A stretch of 64,000 nucleotides of DNA from Leptogorgia sarmentosa (Eukaryota): contig OZ210885.1 of NCBI GenBank assembly GCA_964658305.1, positions 14,818,001 through 14,882,000 of the forward strand. Reading direction: 5' to 3'. The translations under genes and the position numbers were made by a program. Shown here piece by piece: positions 58,121-64,000 of the stretch. Each line of letters opens with the position of its first letter. Position 1 is the stretch's first letter. Below the pieces are notes generated by a model, which was given only the letters and a program-made list of their open reading frames with translations, was not told the origin of the DNA and did not search any database.

Positions 58121-61100
58121 CTACAACACAAAGTATTCCCAGGTAGTCACCCATCCAAGTACTAACTTTGCCCACCTAGGCTTAACTTTGGTGATCAGAC
58201 GAGAACCGGTATTTTCCTACTGGTATGGTCGTAGACATTTGTTGATGGAAGTTACACTTTTTAAACGTGTAACAATAACAAAACCCTGAAGTTGAAATTG
58301 AAAGCAAACCTATTTACAAACACACATACAATAAAATGAAGCAAGTCTACAACACAAAGTATTCCCAGGTAGTCACCCATCCAAGTACTAACTTTGCCCA
58401 CCTAGGCTTAACTTCGGTGATCAGACGAGAACCGGTATTTTCCTACTGGTATGGTCGTAGACATTTGTTGATGGAAGTTACACTTTTTAAACGTGTAACA
58501 ATAACAAAACCCTGAAGTTGAAATTGAAAGCAAACCTATTTACAAACACACATACAATAAAATGAAGCAAGTCTACAACACAAAGTATTCTCAGGTGGTC
58601 ACCCATCCAACTACTAACTTTGCCCACCTAGGCTTAACTTCGGTGATCAGACGAGAACCGGTATTTTCCTACTCGTATGGTCGTAAACATTTGTTGATGG
58701 AAGTTACACTTTTTAAACGTGTAACAATAACAAAACCCCGAAGTTAAAATTGAAAGCAAACCTATTTACAAACACACATACAATAAAATGAAGCAAGTCT
58801 ACAACACAAAGTATTCCCAGGTGGTCACCCATCCAACTACTAACTTTGCCCACCTAGGCTTAACTTAGGTGATCAGACGAGAACCGGTATTTTCCTACTC
58901 GTACGGTCGTAGACATTTGTTGGTGGAAGTTACACTTTTTAAACGTGTAACAATAACAAAACCCTGAAGTTGAAATTGAAAGGAATTATATTTACAAATA
59001 GGCATTAAATAACATTTAGTAAAACAACAATACAAAGTATATCCAGATGTAGCAATAACAAAATCCCTGAAGTTTACATTGAAAGCAAACCTATTTACAA
59101 ACACACATACAATAAAATGAAGCAAGTCTACAACACAAAGTATTCCCAGGTGGTCACCCATCCAAGTACTAACGTTGCCCACCTAGGCTTAACTTCGGTG
59201 ATCAGACGAGAACCAGTATTTTCCTAGTGGTATGGTTGTAGACATTTGTTGATGAAAGTTACACTTTTTAAACGTGTAACAATAACAAAACCCTGAAGTT
59301 GAAATTGAAAGCAAACCTATTTACAAACACACATACAATAAAATGAAGCAAGTCTACAACACAAAGTATTCCCAGGTAGTCACCCATCCAAGTACTAACT
59401 TTGCCCACCTAGGCTTAACTTCGGTGATCAGACGAGAACCGGTATTTTCCTAGTGGTATGGTCGTAGCCATTTGTTGATGGAAGTTACACTTTTTAAACA
59501 TGTAACAATAACAAAACCCTGAAGTTGAAATTGAAAGCAAACCTATTTACAAACACACATACAATAAAATGAAGCAAGTCTACAACACAAAGTATTCCCA
59601 GGTGGTCACCCATCCAAGTACTAACTTTGCCCACCTAGGCTTAACTTCGGTGATCAGACCAGAACCGGTATTTTCCTACTGGTATGGTCGTAGACATTTG
59701 TTGATGCAAGTTACACTTTTTAAATTTGTAACAATAACAAAACCCCGAAGTTAAAATTGAAAGCAAACCTATTTACAAACACACATACAATAAAATGAAG
59801 CAAGTCTACAACACAAAGTATTCCCAGGTGGTCACCCATCCAACTACTAACTTTGCCCACCTAGGCTTAACTTCGGTGATCAGACGAGAACCGGTATTTT
59901 CCTACTCGTACGGTCGTAGACATTTGTTGATGGAAGTTACACTTTTTAAACGTGTAACAATAACAAAACCCTGAAGTTGAAATTGAAAGGAATGATATTT
60001 ACAAATAGGCATTAAATAACATTTAGCAAAACAACAATACAAAGTATTTCCAGATGTAGCAATAACAAAATCCCTGAAGTTTACATTGAAAGCAAACCTA
60101 TTTACAAACACACATACAATAAAATGAAGCAAGTCTACAACACAAAGTATTCTCAGGTGGTCACCCATCCAACTACTAACTTTGCCCACCTAGGCTTAAC
60201 TTCGGTGATCAGACGAGAACCGGTATTTTCCTACTCGTATGGTCGTAAACATTTGTTGATGGAAGTTACACTTTTTAAACGTGTAACAATAACAAAACCC
60301 CGAAGTTAAAATTGAAAGCAAACCTATTTACAAACACACATACAATAAAATGAAGCAAGTCTACAACACAAAGTATTCCCAGGTGGTCACCCATCCAACT
60401 ACTAACTTTGCCCACCTAGGCTTAACTTCGGTGATCAGACGAGAACCGGTATTTTCCTACTCGTACGGTCGTAGACATTTGTTGATGGAAGTTACACTTT
60501 TTAAACGTGTAACAATAACAAAACCCTGAAGTTGAAATTGAAAGGAATGATATTTACAAATAGGCATTAAATAACATTTAGCAAAACAACAATACAAAGT
60601 ATTTCCAGATGTAGCAATAACAAAATCCCTGAAGTTTACATTGAAAGCAAACCTATTTACAAACACACATACAATAAAATGAAGCAAGTCTACAACACAA
60701 AGTATTCCCAGGCAGTCACCCATCCAACTACTAACTGTGCCCACCTAGGGTTAACTTCGGTGATCAGACGAGAACCGGTACTTTCCTACTGGTATCGTCG
60801 TAGACATTTGTTGATGGAAGTAACACTTTTTAAACATGTAACAATAACAAAACCCTGAAGTTGAAATTGAAAGCAAACCTATTTACAAACACACATACAA
60901 TAAAATGAAGCAAGTCTACAACACAAAGTATTCCCAGGTGGTCACCCATCCAACTACTAACTTTGCCCACCTAGGCTTAACTTCGGTGATCAGACGAGAA
61001 CCGGTATTTTCCTACTTGTATGGTCGTAAACATTTGTTGATGGAAGTTACACTTTTTAAACGTGTAACAATAACAAAACACTGAAGTTGAAATTGAAAGG

Positions 61101-63706
61101 AATTATATTTACAAATAGGCATTAAATAACATTTAGCAAAACAGCAATACAAAGTATTTCCAGATATAGCAATAACAAAATCCCTGAAGTTTACATTGAA
61201 AGCAAACCTATTTACAAACACACATACAATAAAATGAAGCAAGTCTACAACACAAAGTATTCCCAGGTGGTCACCCATCCAACTACTAACTTTGCCCACC
61301 TAGGCTTAACTTCGGTGATCAGACGAGAACCGGTATTTTCCTACTCGTATGGTCGTAAACATTTGTTGATGGAAGTTACACTTTTTAAACGTGTAACAAT
61401 AACAAAACCCCGAAGTTGAAATTGAAAGCAAACCTATTTACAAACACACATACAATAAAATGAAGCAAGTCTACAACACAAAGTATTCCCAGGTGGTCAC
61501 CCATCCAAGTACTAACTTTGCCCACCTAGGCTTAACTTCGGTGATCAGACGAGAACCGGTATTTTCCTACTGGTATGGTCGTAGACATTTGTTGATGGAA
61601 GTTACACTTTTTAAACGTGTAACAATAACAAAACCCTGAAGTTGAAATTGAAAGCAAACCTATTTACAAACACACATACAATAAAATGAAGCAAGTCTAC
61701 AACACAAAGTATTCTCAGGTGGTCACCCATCCAACTACTAACTTTGCCCACCTAGGCTTAACTTCGGTGATCAGACGAGAACCGGTATTTTCCTACTCGT
61801 ATGGTCGTAAACATTTGTTGATGGAAGTTACACTTTTTAAACGTGTAACAATAACAAAACCCCGAAGTTGAAATTGAAAGCAAACCTATTTACAAACACA
61901 CATACAATAAAATGAAGCAAGTCTACAACACAAAGTATTCCCAGGTGGTCACCCATCCAACTACTAACTTTGCCCACCTAGGCTTAACTTCGGTGATCAG
62001 ACGAGAACCGGTATTTTCCTACTCGTACGGTCGTAGACATTTCTTGATGGAAGTTACACTTTTTAAACGTGTAACAATAACAAAACCCTGAAGTTGAAAT
62101 TGAAAGCAATTATATTTACAAATAGGCATTAAATAACATTTAGTAAAACAACAATACAAAGTATATCCAGATGTAGCAATAACAAAATCCCTGAAGTTTA
62201 CATTGAAAGCAAACCTATTTACAAACACACATACAATAAAATGAAGCAAGTCTACAACACAAAGTATTCCCAGGTGGTCACCCATCCAAGTACTAACGTT
62301 GCCCACCTAGGCTTAACTTCGGTGATCAGACGAGAACCGGTATTTTCCTACTGGTATGGTTGTAGACATTTGTTGATGAAAGTTACACTTTTTAAACGTG
62401 TAACAATAACAAAACCCTGAAGTTGAAATTGAAAGCAAACCTATTTACAAACACACATACAATAAAATGAAGCAAGTCTACAACACAAAGTATTCCCAGG
62501 TAGTCACCCATCCAAGTACTAACTTTGCCCACCTAGGCTTAACTTCGGTGATCAGACGAGAACCGGTATTTTCCTAGTGGTATGGTCGTAGCCATTTGTT
62601 GATGGAAGTTACACTTTTTAAACATGTAACAATAACAAAACCCTGAAGTTGAAATTGAAAGCAAACCTATTTACAAACACACATACAATAAAATGAAGCA
62701 AGTCTACAACACAAAGTATTCCCAGGTGGTCACCCATCCAAGTACTAACTTTGCCCACCTAGGCTTAACTTCGGTGATCAGACCAGAACCGGTATTTTCC
62801 TACTGGTATGGTCGTAGACATTTGTTGATGCAAGTTACACTTTTTAAATTTGTAACAATAACAAAACCCTGAAGTTGAAATTGAAAGCAAACCTATTTAC
62901 AAACACACATACAATGAAATGAAGCAAGTCTACAACACAAAGTATTCCCAGGTAGCCACCCATCCAAGTACTAACGTTGCCCACCTAGGCTTAACTTCGG
63001 TGATCAGACGAGAACCGTTATTTTCCTACTGGTATGGTCGTAGACATTTGTTGATGGAAGTTACACTTTTTAAACGTGTAACAATAACAAAACCCTGAAG
63101 TTGAAATTGAAAGCAAACCTATTTACAAACACACATACAATGAAATGAAGCAAGTCTACAACACAAAGTATTCCCAGGTAGTCACCCATCCAAGTACTAA
63201 CTTTGCCCACCTAGGCTTAACTTCGGTGATCAGACGAGAACCGTTATTTTCCTACTGGTATGGTCGTAGACATTTGTTGATGGAAGTTACACTTTTTAAA
63301 CGTGTAACAATAACAAAACCCTGAAGTTGAATTTGAAAGCAAACCTATTTACAAACACACATACAATAAAATGAAGCAAGTCTACAACACAAAGTATTTC
63401 CAGGTGGTCACCCATCCAAGTACTAACGTTGCCCACCTAGGCTTAACTTCGGTGATCAGACGAGAACCGGTATTTTCCTACTCGTACGGTCGTAGACATT
63501 TGTTGATGGAAGTTACACTTTTTAAACGTGTAACAATAACAAAACCCTGAAGTTGAAATTGAAAGGAATTATATTTACAAATAGGCATTAAATAACATTT
63601 AGTAAAACAACAATACAAAGTATTTCCAGATGTAGCAATAACAAAATCCCTGAAGTTTACATTGAAAGCAAACCTATTTACAAACACACATACAATAAAA
63701 TGAAGC

Positions 63707-63826
63707 AAGTCTACAACACAAAGTATTCCCAGGTGGTCACCCATCCAAGTACTAACGTTGCCCACCTAGGCTTAACTTTGGTGATCAGACGAGAACCGGT
63801 ATTTTCCTACTCGTACGGTCGTAGAC
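63707..63826 (-). rRNA. 5S rRNA gene copy (last complete one in window)
   Basis: Same 120-nt frame; followed by a partial copy at 63933-64000. Confidence 0.9.
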
Positions 63827-64000
63827 ATTTGTTGATGGAAGTTACACTTTTTAAACGTGTAACAATAACAAAACCCTGAAGTTGAAATTGAAAGCAAACC
63901 TATTTACAAACACACATACAATAAAATGAAGCAAGTCTACAACACAAAGTATTCCCAGGTAGTCACCCATCCAAGTACTAACTTTGCCCACCTAGGCTTA

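Larger units (their letters stand above)
1..64000 (-). repeat. 5S rDNA tandem array, about 249 complete copies plus 1 partial, 226-bp and 329-bp units
   Basis: The unit recurs without interruption. Spacings between long spacers are 329+226n (329, 555, 781, 1007, 1233, 1459) apart from a few small indels. First gene starts at 180 and last complete gene at 63707, giving 248 intervals after correcting for 72 inserts and +63 bp net indels. Confidence 0.98.

Noticed and set aside
1632..61871. Recurrent 61 aa plus-strand ORFs (MKQVYNTKYSQVVTHP...)
   Set aside because: Antisense translation of 5S rRNA; they pass the length cut-off only where a spacer SNP removes a TGA.
958..63765. Recurrent 91-95 aa minus-strand ORFs (MGNVSTWMGDHLG...)
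   Set aside because: They start at a non-ATG codon inside the 5S gene and simply read through the long spacer; no recognisable protein. Useful only as markers of long spacers.
1..64000. CRISPR-like repeat-spacer array
   Set aside because: Spacers are not unique, units are 226 or 329 bp, there are no cas genes, and the repeat is eukaryotic 5S.
1..64000. 5S-derived SINE (SINE3) or Cassandra elements
   Set aside because: Copies are full-length, tandem and lack a LINE-derived tail, LTR structure or target-site duplications.

Overview
The whole 64-kb window is one head-to-tail tandem array of eukaryotic (animal-type) 5S rRNA gene copies, all on the minus strand: by interval arithmetic 249 complete 120-nt copies plus one cut at the right edge. 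Units are 226 bp (106-bp spacer) or 329 bp (209-bp spacer, 73 occurrences). The extra 103 bp is a decayed, internally deleted copy of the unit carrying a 26-nt relic of the 5S 3' end. Gene copies fall into many sequence variants, often helix- or promoter-disrupting, arranged in satellite-like higher-order repeats (periods 5693, 7151, 3021, 2240 and 1788 bp) around an older, more divergent zone at about 44.6-49.4 kb. No protein-coding gene is supported; all listed ORFs are by-products of the repeat. Positions such as C17 use 1-120 numbering of the 5S RNA. All counts and alignments were done by eye.
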